Source of the DNA: Acidimicrobiales bacterium
GTDB lineage: Bacteria > Actinomycetota > Acidimicrobiia > Acidimicrobiales > SZUA-35
Reading direction: 5' to 3'
Length of the DNA: 64,000 nucleotides
Assembly (NCBI GenBank): GCA_041576015.1
Contig: JBFGLT010000001.1
Span: 5,918-69,917, forward strand
Shown: piece after piece, positions 26,611 to 35,576 of the stretch
How the letters are laid out: each line of letters begins with the position of its first letter
How positions within the stretch are numbered: the stretch's first letter is position 1
Made by a program: the position numbers and the translations under genes
Notes under the pieces: model-generated
Told to the model about the DNA's origin: nothing
Databases searched by the model: none
The model's input: only the letters and a program-made list of their open reading frames with translations

Positions 26611-27717
26611 TCAGGCTTGGGCTCGCAGCAGCGGTACGAGCATCTCGGCCGGCGTGAGCGACCCGTGACGGCCGATGAGCTCGAAGGGTCCGCTGTCGGC
26701 GGGATCGAAGAAGGCCACCGGTTCGAACGGGCAGAGGGCAACATCACCGAGGCGGTCTTCGACGCCGGCTCGCAGCACCGGACCGAACCACTGCTCGTCG
26801 AGGATCTGCTGTCGGCTGCGGACCCAGGCCACGTCGCCGTACCGACGTTCGGCCTCGGCGGTCAAGTCGTCCACGGCGCCCGGTTCGCAGTGCAACCACC
26901 GGAATCGACCTTCGCCGCTCAGCCCGGTCACCAGGGACTCGATGTCGGGGTGGAGATGGATCACGTGATCGTCGCAGTCCACCTGACCGTGGTCGGCGGT
27001 CACGACGACCTCGGTTCCCGACGGGACCGCGTCGAGGATCTCGGCAACCAGGCGATCGGCGAAGGCGACCTCGGCGTCGAAGACCGAACCGAAGCCGTAT
27101 TCGTGGGACACCTTGTCGACTCCGTCGTAGTAGGCGTACACGAACTCCTCGCCCTCGCGAAGCAGGCGGGCGACCTCGTGGACGAGCGTGGCCGTCGTCC
27201 GGTACCCGACCAGGCGAGCGCCGCGCAGGTGCGCCAAGCTGAATCCCGACCGCCGGAAGTCGGCCTTCGACACGAGCGGCACCTCGCATCCCTGAAACGG
27301 CGCATAGGGCTGGAGGACGTCGGGCGGAATCTGACGGCGAGCGTCGAGGGTCTCGGCGGTGGCCCAACGCAAGGTGTTGAGCACCTCGTCGTCCACCACC
27401 ATGCGGTACCCGACGATCCCGTGCTCGCCCGGTGTCAGGCTGGTGGTGATCGACGTCAGCGCCGTCGCCGTGGTCGATGGGACAACCGTCGTGATGGCGC
27501 CACCGTGCATGCGGTGCAGGGTGGGCGCATGGTGCTGACGATCCTGGAGTTGTTCCCAGCCCAAGCCGTCGAGGATCATCAGCACCCGTTGGGGACTGTT
27601 GCCGATCTCGACCGGAAGGTGCCCGGTCCCGCGCCCTCCGGGCAGTAGGTAGGAAAGGATGTCGACGACACATCCCGACCCGTAGGCCGGCACGATGAGC
27701 GGGGGTTCAGAGGACAC
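26611..27717 (-). CDS. Alkaline-phosphatase-superfamily enzyme (type I phosphodiesterase/nucleotide pyrophosphatase-like)
   Basis: VLMILDGLGWEQL (metal-binding Asp), VVPSTTATALTSI (nucleophile region) and VVTADHGQVD. The start is uncertain (GTG at 27717 or 27693, no clear SD). The longer ORF would run through the divergent Rrf2 gene. Confidence 0.75.
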   Translation of the reverse strand: MSSEPPLIVPAYGSGCVVDILSYLLPGGRGTGHLPVEIGNSPQRVLMILDGLGWEQLQDRQHHAPTLHRMHGGAITTVVPSTTATALTSITTSLTPGEHGIVGYRMVVDDEVLNTLRWATAETLDARRQIPPDVLQPYAPFQGCEVPLVSKADFRRSGFSLAHLRGARLVGYRTTATLVHEVARLLREGEEFVYAYYDGVDKVSHEYGFGSVFDAEVAFADRLVAEILDAVPSGTEVVVTADHGQVDCDDHVIHLHPDIESLVTGLSGEGRFRWLHCEPGAVDDLTAEAERRYGDVAWVRSRQQILDEQWFGPVLRAGVEDRLGDVALCPFEPVAFFDPADSGPFELIGRHGSLTPAEMLVPLLRAQA

Positions 27718-27789
27718 TGCTCGTGAAGGATACGCACGGAGCGGCCCGGAATGGTTCACCGTCCAAGTCGGCCCCGGTAGGGTCGTCGT

Positions 27790-28248
27790 GTGAGGGTGTC
27801 GACGCGAGGGGACTACGCCTGCCGGGCCCTCCTGTCGCTGACCCTGCACCGTCACGCCGACGAGCGCCCTGAACCGACGCCGGTCAAGGCCATCGCCGAG
27901 CGCACCGGCCTTCCCCAGCCCTATCTCGAACAGATTCTGCTGGCGCTGAAGGGCGCCGGCTTCGTCACCTCCAAACGCGGGGTCGGGGGTGGGTATGTCC
28001 TGGCCAAGGAGCCCGGCGAGATCAGCCTGGCCGCCGTCGTCCGGGCGGTCGACGGGCCGATCACCCTCGGCGACTTCGGCGAACCCCACGCCGAGGGAGC
28101 ATGCGATCACGAGGGCCAGTGCGTCCTGCTGGCGATCTGGCGCCACCTCGGCGATCGGATGGGTCAGCTCCTCGAGCAGTACACGCTCGACGACGTGGCC
28201 CTCGCCGCCCAGGGCAAGGGCCGCTGGCCCGGCGAGCCGGGCGCCTGA
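27790..28248 (+). CDS. Rrf2-family transcriptional regulator
   Basis: MRVSTRGDYACRALLSL, winged helix-turn-helix VKAIAERTGLPQPYLEQILLALKGAGFVTSKRGVGGGYVLA, and two clustered Cys (ACDHEGQC). Confidence 0.9.
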   Translation: MRVSTRGDYACRALLSLTLHRHADERPEPTPVKAIAERTGLPQPYLEQILLALKGAGFVTSKRGVGGGYVLAKEPGEISLAAVVRAVDGPITLGDFGEPHAEGACDHEGQCVLLAIWRHLGDRMGQLLEQYTLDDVALAAQGKGRWPGEPGA

Positions 28249-28295
28249 TCCTCGTCATCCGCCGCTGAGCCGTTCGGGCGTTTACCGCTGTTGGC

Positions 28296-29357
28296 ATGGG
28301 TCTGCTGCTACTGGCACCGACGCGAGCTGGTATCGTCGAACCGGTGAGCGGTGTCACCTTCCTGCGGCCGTTGGGCTATCCGCCGCCGCCCAGTCTCCGG
28401 CGTCCGAGCATCGGCCTCGTCCTGGGGGCCGGTGGCCGCGCCGGCATCGCCCACCATGCCGGCGCGCTGCACGCCCTCACCGCTTCGGGAGCGATCGCCA
28501 TCGATGATGTCGACGTCGTGATCGGGACCTCGGCGGGGGGAATCGTCGGGGCGCAGCTTCGATCCGGTGTCGATCCCCACGCGCTGTACGAGATCGCCTG
28601 CGATAACTCCGACGGCGCAGCCCGGCGCCGCGGCGACGACTTCTTTGCGCCGGCCTGGGATTCGGCCTTCTCGCTGGCGCAGCGGGCCGTCGGATCGACC
28701 TGGGTTCTCGGTCGCTCCCTTCTCCGGTTCCCGCTGCCGGTGATGCCGCGGTCGGTCCGCTCGATGTTCCCCGGCGGGCTCATGCAGCTCGCCGGACACG
28801 CCAACCTCGACGACCACCTCCCGCCGGCATGGCCTCGCGAACACCTGTGGCTCGTGACGGTCGACATCCACTCGGGCCGCCGGGTTGTGTTGCGGCGGGA
28901 CGGGCCGGTTCCGGCCAATCTCCAGCAGGCCGCTCTCGCCTCCGCCGCCGTCCCCGGTATCTATCCCCCGATCCGGATCCATGGGCGCACCCTGGTCGAC
29001 GGCGGTGTCCACTCCGCGACAAACCTCGACCTTCTGCTCGGGAAGCGGCTTGACCTCGTCGTGGTGATCGCGCCGCTAGGCCTGTCGGCACCGTCGGCGG
29101 TCCCGCCGCCCCTGTTCGCCGTCCGGCAATTCGTTCACGTGAACCTGATGCGAATGGTCGACCAGCTCCGATCCGAGGGCAGTACGGTCGCAGTGCTCGA
29201 GCCATCGGCCGACCTGGCCCGCCTGCACGGCGTCAACACGCTGAGAGTCGGGGCGTCCCGGGAGATCGCCGAAGCAGCCTACGCCGAGACCATCGGCCGG
29301 TTGAGCGACATGGTGCGGGCGACCGAGGATCTCGACCAGCGCGACCTCGCCTCCTGA
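28296..29357 (+). CDS. Patatin-like phospholipase
   Basis: GLVLGAGGRAGIAHHAG (oxyanion GxGxxG), IGTSAGG (GxSxG) and LVDGGV (catalytic Asp). Confidence 0.85.
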   Translation: MGLLLLAPTRAGIVEPVSGVTFLRPLGYPPPPSLRRPSIGLVLGAGGRAGIAHHAGALHALTASGAIAIDDVDVVIGTSAGGIVGAQLRSGVDPHALYEIACDNSDGAARRRGDDFFAPAWDSAFSLAQRAVGSTWVLGRSLLRFPLPVMPRSVRSMFPGGLMQLAGHANLDDHLPPAWPREHLWLVTVDIHSGRRVVLRRDGPVPANLQQAALASAAVPGIYPPIRIHGRTLVDGGVHSATNLDLLLGKRLDLVVVIAPLGLSAPSAVPPPLFAVRQFVHVNLMRMVDQLRSEGSTVAVLEPSADLARLHGVNTLRVGASREIAEAAYAETIGRLSDMVRATEDLDQRDLAS

Positions 29358-29362
29358 AGACG

Positions 29363-30046
29363 GTGGATCTCGTCGATGCCATCCGCCGGCGTCGGATGGT
29401 CCGCTCGTACCGGTCCACGCCGCTCGATTCCGCCGAGGTGCTCGCGGTGCTCGATCTGGCCCGGCGGGCGCCTTCGGCGGGGAATGCCTCGGCCGTGGAG
29501 TACCTGGTGCTCGCGTCCCCCGCCACGGTCGGCCGCTACTGGGATACGACGTTGCCCGAGCCCCGGCGTGGCAAGTTCACCTTTCCGGGCTTGTTCCGCG
29601 CGCCTGTCCTGGTGATCGTCACCACCCGGCCCCAGACCTACATCGACCGGTATGTCGAGGCGGACAAGTGGCACCCCGAACTCGGCGCATCGGCTCGCGG
29701 CTGGACAGTCCCCTACTGGTGGGTGGACGCCGGTGCGGTTGCGCAGAACCTGTTGTTGCTGGCGACCGCACGCGGGATCGGGGCCTGTCTGTTCGGGCTG
29801 TTCGAACACGAGGAGGCGGTCGCCGAACGCTTCGGCATTCCCGAGGATCGGCGATGCGTCGCCACGGTCGCGTTGGGTCATCCGACCGACGATCCGGGAC
29901 CGCCGGGTCGATCGGCGAAGCGCCGGCGACCGCCGATCGGGGAGATCTGCCACTGGGGCCGTTGGGGCACACTGCCGCCGGCGGCGCTCACGTCGACCGC
30001 AATGCCGACAGGATCGACGCCAGATCCGGCGGCAGATCCGACGTGA
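29363..30046 (+). CDS. Nitroreductase-family protein
   Basis: DAIRRRRMVRSY, APSAGNASAVEYLVL and a C-terminal basic/Pro-rich tail. GTG start. Confidence 0.8.
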   Translation: MDLVDAIRRRRMVRSYRSTPLDSAEVLAVLDLARRAPSAGNASAVEYLVLASPATVGRYWDTTLPEPRRGKFTFPGLFRAPVLVIVTTRPQTYIDRYVEADKWHPELGASARGWTVPYWWVDAGAVAQNLLLLATARGIGACLFGLFEHEEAVAERFGIPEDRRCVATVALGHPTDDPGPPGRSAKRRRPPIGEICHWGRWGTLPPAALTSTAMPTGSTPDPAADPT

Positions 30047-30917
30047 ACTCGAGCCACCGGCCGTCTCGAGGGTGCTGGAATCCCAGCCGGCCGGCATGGA
30101 GGAACACCCGAGGGCAGCCCGCCACCACCGGATGGCCGGTGCGCACGGCGCCGTAGCGGTCGTCCCCGACCAGGGGATGACCGATGGCGTCGGCGTGAAC
30201 GCGGATCTGGTGGGTCCGCCCCGTCTCGAGACGAATCCGGAGCAGGGCGACATCTGCGTCCTCGAATCGCTCCTCGACGGTGTAGAAGGTCCGGGCTTCC
30301 TTGCCCCCGGCCCGCACAGCTTGTCGAGTCGGGTGACGCAGTGACCGCCCGATCGGCGCATCGATCAGCCCTTCCTGGGCGGCTGGGAGACCATGCACAA
30401 GTGCGAGATAAGTCCGAGCCACCTGACGGTCACGGAGCTGCTCGCTCAACGCCCGGTGGGCCACATGCGAGCGGGCGGCCATCAACAGCCCGGAAGTCCC
30501 CTTGTCCAGCCGGTGCACGATGCCGGGACGATCCCGCTCTCCGATGCCGGCGATCTCCGGGAAACGGGCCAGCAAGCCCTGGACGACGGTCCCATTATCG
30601 ACCCCGGAGCCCGGGTGGACGATCTGACCGGCCGCCTTGTCGATCACGACGACGTCGGCGTCGGCGTACCGGATGTCGAGGTCGACCGACGGATCTCCAG
30701 CGAGCGCAGCCGGACGGTCGCCGGCCGGTAGTTGTATCCACTGACCGGGCTCGACGCGCAGGGAAGGTTTGTGCACGGTGGCGCCGTCGATGGCCACCCG
30801 CCCCTCGGCAATCAGGTCGACGGCGCGCGCCCGGCTGACCTCCAGGACCATCGCCACCACCCTGTCGATACGTTCTCCGGCGAGTGCACCGGAGACCTCG
30901 ATGGGCTGATCGGTCAT
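29988..30917 (-). CDS. rluD: RluA-family 23S rRNA pseudouridine synthase (RluD-like)
   Basis: ATG at 30917 overlaps the lspA stop (ATGA). S4 domain (RIDRVVAMVLEVSRARAVDLIAEGRVAIDG), catalytic HRLDKGTSGLLM, and GRTHQIRVH. Confidence 0.9.
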   Translation of the reverse strand: MTDQPIEVSGALAGERIDRVVAMVLEVSRARAVDLIAEGRVAIDGATVHKPSLRVEPGQWIQLPAGDRPAALAGDPSVDLDIRYADADVVVIDKAAGQIVHPGSGVDNGTVVQGLLARFPEIAGIGERDRPGIVHRLDKGTSGLLMAARSHVAHRALSEQLRDRQVARTYLALVHGLPAAQEGLIDAPIGRSLRHPTRQAVRAGGKEARTFYTVEERFEDADVALLRIRLETGRTHQIRVHADAIGHPLVGDDRYGAVRTGHPVVAGCPRVFLHAGRLGFQHPRDGRWLEFTSDLPPDLASILSALRST

Positions 30918-31477
30918 CGCCGCCGGGCTGGCGACGGGGTGGAACGGAACGACAGAATCACTGCGGCGATCACCGACAGGACGATCGCCGAGTCGGCCAC
31001 GTTGAACACCGGCCACCATTGGAGATCGATGAAATCGATCACTTCGCCCGAGAGCGGTCCGTCCTCGGCGCGAAGGACCCGATCGATGCCGTTCCCGAGA
31101 GCGCCGCCGACGATGCATGCGTACACAACTCGGTGGGCGGTGTCGCTGGTCCGACTTCCCACCCAGGTGAGGAGGACGGCCATGCACAGGGACAGCACGC
31201 CGATCAGCGGACCGAGCGACTCGGCGGTACCGAACGAGGCACCGGAGTTGAACACCAGGTTCAACCGGAGCGTCCAGATCACGTCGATGCACGCATCCGG
31301 TTCCGAGCAGGCGCCGGGCTCGAGCGCGCGCAGAACCCACCACTTGGTCAGCTGGTCGAGGGCGACGATGGCGCCGGCGATCGCCACCACCTGCGCCAGC
31401 CAGTGCCTCGTGAAACCGGTGTGTGCCTCGGTTACCGGCGAGCGTTGTCGAACATCGAGGTCTTGTGGTCTACGCAC
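30914..31477 (-). CDS. lspA: Lipoprotein signal peptidase (signal peptidase II)
   Basis: DQLTKWWV, NSGASFG and FNVADSAIV (catalytic Asp motifs) with 4 TM segments. The ATG at 31477 overlaps the upstream gene by 46 nt, so the start is uncertain. Confidence 0.85.
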   Translation of the reverse strand: MRRPQDLDVRQRSPVTEAHTGFTRHWLAQVVAIAGAIVALDQLTKWWVLRALEPGACSEPDACIDVIWTLRLNLVFNSGASFGTAESLGPLIGVLSLCMAVLLTWVGSRTSDTAHRVVYACIVGGALGNGIDRVLRAEDGPLSGEVIDFIDLQWWPVFNVADSAIVLSVIAAVILSFRSTPSPARRR

Positions 31478-32250
31478 CGTTCGCTTTCCGGCCGGGCCTC
31501 CAGCCGGGCCTTGGGTATGGCCACGTTATCGACATAGCAGAAGCCGTAGGTCCCGGCATCGATTCGGGCCAGGGCAGCGTCGATGGTCTCGATGTGTTCG
31601 AGGCGGCCCTTCCGCTCGGCGACGAGTTCGGAGATCTGGACGTTGATGCTCGTGCCCTCGCTGGACTCGTCGCTGGAGGTGTCGTCGCCGGCTTCGGCGG
31701 TCTCGAGAAGCTCGTCGAGCTGGGCGGCGAACTCGGCCACCTGCTCGCTGAGCTCGGCGCGCTCGTCTTCGAGCTGGCCGCGTCGCGCCGACAGCCACTT
31801 GCTGTCCTTGAGGTAAGCCGGCTTGACTCCGGCATTCTTCGGAGCGGCCGGTGCGGGCCGTTTCTTGCGCGCTGTCGCTGACCGGGTCGTGGCGGCCGAC
31901 TTCTTCGCCGTGCGTCGGCGGCTGGGAGCCTTGGCGGCCTTCTTCTTGGTAGTGGTTGTGCGGATCACCCTGTCCGCCGATGCCGCCCTCTTCTTGGCGC
32001 CGGCCGCCTTCTTCGCCGCTGACTTGCTGGCAGTCTTCTTGGCGCCGGCCGCCTTCTTGGCCGCCACGGTCTTCGTCGCCGGCGCTCGTTTCCTGCTCAC
32101 GGCCTTCTTGGTTCCAGTCGCCCGTTTCGTGGCCGGCGTCTTCTTCGTCGCCCGCTTCGTCGACGCTCCGCGGGCTGCCGTCTTTTTGGTGGCCGGCTTT
32201 CTGGCCGTCGATTTCTTCGTCGATTTCTTCGTCGATTTCTTCGTGGTCAC
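31432..32250 (-). CDS. DksA/TraR-like protein with N-terminal Lys/Ala/Thr-rich histone-H1-like tail
   Basis: The N-terminal ~150 aa are K/A/T/R-rich (TKKSTKKSTKKS, KKAAGAKK x2). A coiled-coil follows (LSARRGQLEDERAELSEQVAEFAAQLDELL) with an acidic loop. The C-terminus GTYGFCYVDNVAIPKARLEARPESERCVDHK is a degenerate TraR/DksA zinc-finger position. GTG start at 32250. Confidence 0.75.
   Translation of the reverse strand: MTTKKSTKKSTKKSTARKPATKKTAARGASTKRATKKTPATKRATGTKKAVSRKRAPATKTVAAKKAAGAKKTASKSAAKKAAGAKKRAASADRVIRTTTTKKKAAKAPSRRRTAKKSAATTRSATARKKRPAPAAPKNAGVKPAYLKDSKWLSARRGQLEDERAELSEQVAEFAAQLDELLETAEAGDDTSSDESSEGTSINVQISELVAERKGRLEHIETIDAALARIDAGTYGFCYVDNVAIPKARLEARPESERCVDHKTSMFDNARR
32209..32244 (-). 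repeat. Perfect 12-nt tandem repeat x3 inside the DksA-like gene
   Basis: CGATTTCTTCGT x3 on the plus strand, encoding (T/S)KKS repeats. Confidence 0.95.
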
Positions 32251-32364
32251 GGTTGGGTCCCGGATCTTCTTGCACCTGCTGCTGTATGGAGTCGGGGTAG
32301 CCTAGTCCCAAAAGGGGCCGAACTTCACGCTCGACGGGCTCGGGGAGGCCGGTAGATTGCAGGC

Positions 32365-35300
32365 ATGCCTGCGAGTCGACCTGCGAGCTATCCAAACGTT
32401 CCAGCCCGACCGGACATTCCCACCATCGAGGAGAAGATCATCTCCTGGTGGCAGGCAAACCGGGTGTTCGAGTCGACCGTCGAGCGGCCGGCGGGCGGTG
32501 AGCCGAAGGGCACCTTCGTCTTCAACGACGGGCCTCCGTTCGCCAATGGACTCCCCCACTACGGTCACCTGCTCACGGGCTACGTGAAGGACATCGTTCC
32601 CCGCTACCAGACCATGCGGGGCAACCGGGTGAATCGCCGGTTCGGGTGGGATTGCCACGGTCTGCCCGCCGAGATGCAGACCGAGCAGGAGACCGGGGTG
32701 TCGGGACGCAAGGCGATTCTCGATTACGGGATCGACCGGTTCAACCAGGCGTGCCGGACCTCGGTGCTCCGCTACACCACCGAGTGGGAGGACTACGTTA
32801 CCCGGCAGGCCCGGTGGGTCGATTTCTCCGACGACTACAAGACCATGGACCTCGACTACATGGAGTCGGTGATGTGGGCCTTCAAACGGCTGTGGGACCA
32901 GGGCCTGATCTTTCAGGCCCACCGGGTCATGCCGTACTCGTGGGGGGCACAGACGCCGCTGTCGAACTTCGAGATCCGGCTCGACGACGCGACGCGCCCG
33001 CGTCAGGATCCCGCCGTCACCGTCGAGTTCAGCCTCCGGACCCGACCCGGTGATCCTGGCCCGCTGCGAATGCTGGCGTGGACGACCACGCCGTGGACGC
33101 TTCCGTCCAACCTGGCGCTCGCCGTCGGGCCCGACCTTGGCTACGCGGTCGTGGCCCACGAGGGCCGCTTCCTTGTTCTGGCCGAGGCGTCGCTCCCCAA
33201 GTACGCCCGCGAGCTCGGGGAGGAACCGACCATCGTCGAGACCTTCACCGGCGCCGCTCTCGCCGGGCGCGAGTACGAGCCGCTGTTCCCTTACTTCGCC
33301 GACAACCCGAACAGCTTCGTGGTCCTGGCGGCCGGGTTTGTCGAGACCGGCGAGGGCACCGGTGTCGTTCACCTGGCGCCCGGATTCGGCGAGGACGACC
33401 AGGTGGCGTGTACCGAGGCGGGCATCCCGCTGGTCGTCCCGGTCGACGACGCCGGCGAATTCACCGCGGAGATCACCGACTTCGCCGGAATGAACGTGTT
33501 CGACGCCAATCCGAAGGTCATCGCCCGCCTGAAGGAGGCGGGCCGAATCCTGCGGCACGAGACGTACGACCACAACTATCCGCACTGCTGGCGGACCGAC
33601 ACGCCCATCATCTATCGAGCCGTGAACTCCTGGTACGTCCGCGTCACCGACCTGACGGACCGGCTGCTGGCAGCAAACCAGCAGATCAACTGGATCCCCG
33701 CCCACGTGCGTGACGGTCAGTTCGGCCGTTGGCTTGAAGGGGCGCGGGATTGGAGCATCAGCCGGAACCGTTTCTGGGGCGCACCGATCCCGATCTGGAT
33801 GTCGGACGATCCCGACCACCCGCGCATCGATGTCTACGGATCCCTCGACGAGATCGAGGCCGACTTCGGGGTGCGGCCCGCCGACCTCCACCGGCCCTTC
33901 ATCGACGAATTGATCCGCCCCAATCCGGACGACCCGACCGGTCGGGCCATGATGCGACGCGTACCCGAGGTGCTCGACTGCTGGTTCGAGTCCGGATCGA
34001 TGCCCTACGCCCAACTGCACTACCCGTTCGAGAACGTCGAGCGGTTCGAGGACCACAATCCGGCTGACTTCATCGTCGAGTACGTCGCCCAGACCCGCGG
34101 GTGGTTCTACACCATGCATGTCCTGGGCGTTGCCCTCTTCGACACGCCGGCGTTTGCAAACGTGATCTGTCACGGGGTGGTGCTCGACAGCGAAGGTCGC
34201 AAGCTGTCCAAGAAGCTACGGAACTACCCCGACCCGATCGACGTCTTCAACAACGTGGGTGCCGATCCGATGCGTTGGTATCTCACCAGTTCGCCGATAC
34301 TTCGCGGCTTGGACACGCGCATCGAGCCCGACGATTCGGGCGTCCGGGAAGTCGTGCGCCAGGTGCTCAACCCGCTCTGGAGCGCATATAGCTTCTTCAC
34401 CCTGTACGCCAACGCCGAGCGGCATGTCGCTGTGGAGCGGACCGACAGCCGTCACGTTCTGGACCGCTACATCCTGGCCAAGACCAGCGAGTTGGTCGAA
34501 CGGGTCACCGACACAATGGACCGCTACGACCTACCCGGCGCATGCGCTCACGTCAGCGCCTATCTCGATGCCCTCACGAACTGGTACATCCGCCGATCTC
34601 GCGAACGCTTCTGGAACACCAGCGCCGACGGTGTGGTCGACGTCGACGCCCTCGACACCCTGTACACCGTCTTGATCACGCTGATGAAGACCGCTGCTCC
34701 GCTCCTGCCGATGATGAGCGAGGAGATCTACTTGGGGTTGACCGGTGGCGCCGAGTCGGTCCACCAGCAAGCGTGGCCCGACCACCACCGGCTCGGTCCT
34801 GATCCCGACCTCGTCGCGGTCATGGACGAGGTGCGGGCGGTCGCTCGTGCGGCGCTGTACCTCCGAGACGAGCAGGGTCTCCGGGTGCGACAGCCGTTGC
34901 CGGCCATCACCGTCGCCGGAGAACGCGATCTGGACCTCACCCCGTTCCGCTCATTGCTCGCCGAAGAGATCAACGTCAAGGATGTCCGCTTCTCCACCGA
35001 GGTCTCCGACTTCGGTGAGTTCCGGCTCCAACCGAACGCCCGGGTGCTCGGACCGCGCATCGGAGGCGCCGTGCAATCGGTGATCGCTGCCGCCAAGTCC
35101 GGCGATTGGACCGACAACGGAGACGGCACGGTCACCGTCGCAGGTCAGCTGCTCGGCGACGGCGACTACGACCTGACGCTCCACCCGGCCGCCGGGGTGG
35201 TTGCGGCGTCGCTCCCCGGCAATCGGGCCGTCGTGGTGCTCGACACGGAGCTCACGCCCGAACTGGTGGCCGAGGGCCAGGCCCGCGACCTGGTGCGCGC

Positions 35301-35535
35301 CATCCAGAACCATCGCCGGGAAGCCGGTCTGAACGTCACCGACCGGATCCACCTGCGCCTCAGCGGCGAGCCGTCGCTCGTGGCGGCCATCGAGCCCAAC
35401 CTCGAGTGGGTGGCCGAACAGGTACTCGCCGCAACCGTCGTCGTCGACGATCCCGATGCAAACGCCTACCGGGCGGTCGCACCGGTCGAGGGAGGGGCAC
35501 TCGAGATCAGCTTGGCCGTCGCCAACCGACGCTGA
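32365..35535 (+). CDS. ileS: Isoleucyl-tRNA synthetase (type 2, long form)
   Basis: 1056 aa with PFANGLPHYGHLL (HIGH), KLSKKLRN (KMSKS) and a CP1 editing domain. Confidence 0.98.
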   Translation: MPASRPASYPNVPARPDIPTIEEKIISWWQANRVFESTVERPAGGEPKGTFVFNDGPPFANGLPHYGHLLTGYVKDIVPRYQTMRGNRVNRRFGWDCHGLPAEMQTEQETGVSGRKAILDYGIDRFNQACRTSVLRYTTEWEDYVTRQARWVDFSDDYKTMDLDYMESVMWAFKRLWDQGLIFQAHRVMPYSWGAQTPLSNFEIRLDDATRPRQDPAVTVEFSLRTRPGDPGPLRMLAWTTTPWTLPSNLALAVGPDLGYAVVAHEGRFLVLAEASLPKYARELGEEPTIVETFTGAALAGREYEPLFPYFADNPNSFVVLAAGFVETGEGTGVVHLAPGFGEDDQVACTEAGIPLVVPVDDAGEFTAEITDFAGMNVFDANPKVIARLKEAGRILRHETYDHNYPHCWRTDTPIIYRAVNSWYVRVTDLTDRLLAANQQINWIPAHVRDGQFGRWLEGARDWSISRNRFWGAPIPIWMSDDPDHPRIDVYGSLDEIEADFGVRPADLHRPFIDELIRPNPDDPTGRAMMRRVPEVLDCWFESGSMPYAQLHYPFENVERFEDHNPADFIVEYVAQTRGWFYTMHVLGVALFDTPAFANVICHGVVLDSEGRKLSKKLRNYPDPIDVFNNVGADPMRWYLTSSPILRGLDTRIEPDDSGVREVVRQVLNPLWSAYSFFTLYANAERHVAVERTDSRHVLDRYILAKTSELVERVTDTMDRYDLPGACAHVSAYLDALTNWYIRRSRERFWNTSADGVVDVDALDTLYTVLITLMKTAAPLLPMMSEEIYLGLTGGAESVHQQAWPDHHRLGPDPDLVAVMDEVRAVARAALYLRDEQGLRVRQPLPAITVAGERDLDLTPFRSLLAEEINVKDVRFSTEVSDFGEFRLQPNARVLGPRIGGAVQSVIAAAKSGDWTDNGDGTVTVAGQLLGDGDYDLTLHPAAGVVAASLPGNRAVVVLDTELTPELVAEGQARDLVRAIQNHRREAGLNVTDRIHLRLSGEPSLVAAIEPNLEWVAEQVLAATVVVDDPDANAYRAVAPVEGGALEISLAVANRR

Positions 35536-35540
35536 GCGTC

Positions 35541-35576
35541 GCTGGTTCGCCGGCTACCGGCGGCGTCCGAACCAGC
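35541..35576. terminator. Hairpin at the ileS/divIVA convergent junction
   Basis: GCTGGTTCG ... CGAACCAGC: a 9-bp stem with an 18-nt loop that contains a CCGG-CTA-CCGG sub-hairpin. It starts 6 nt after the ileS stop and overlaps the last codons of the divIVA-like gene. There is no U-tract. Confidence 0.3.

Noticed and set aside
26611-27717. AlkP-fold protein as a PglZ-like component of a BREX-type defence system
   Set aside because: It is 369 aa, far shorter than PglZ. No methyltransferase, PglX, BrxC, Lon-like or other BREX genes are adjacent. Its neighbours are housekeeping or regulatory genes.
28296-29357. Patatin-like lipase as a CBASS-type or other defence effector
   Set aside because: No cyclase, sensor, or second-messenger-binding domain is fused or adjacent. 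It sits in a conserved core neighbourhood between dnaE and rluD.
32251-32364. Possible T-box leader upstream of ileS (actinobacterial ileS genes often carry one)
   Set aside because: Only 114 nt lie between the divergent DksA-like start and the ileS ATG. I could not find the conserved T-box sequence (a GGGTGGTACCGCG-like motif) or an obvious specifier/antiterminator arrangement. A cmsearch with the Rfam T-box model would settle it.
32302-34173. 623-aa minus-strand ORF
   Set aside because: It is entirely antisense to ileS, whose identity is unambiguous (HIGH and KMSKS motifs). Its Arg/Gly/Pro/Val-rich composition is typical of antisense frames in GC-rich DNA.
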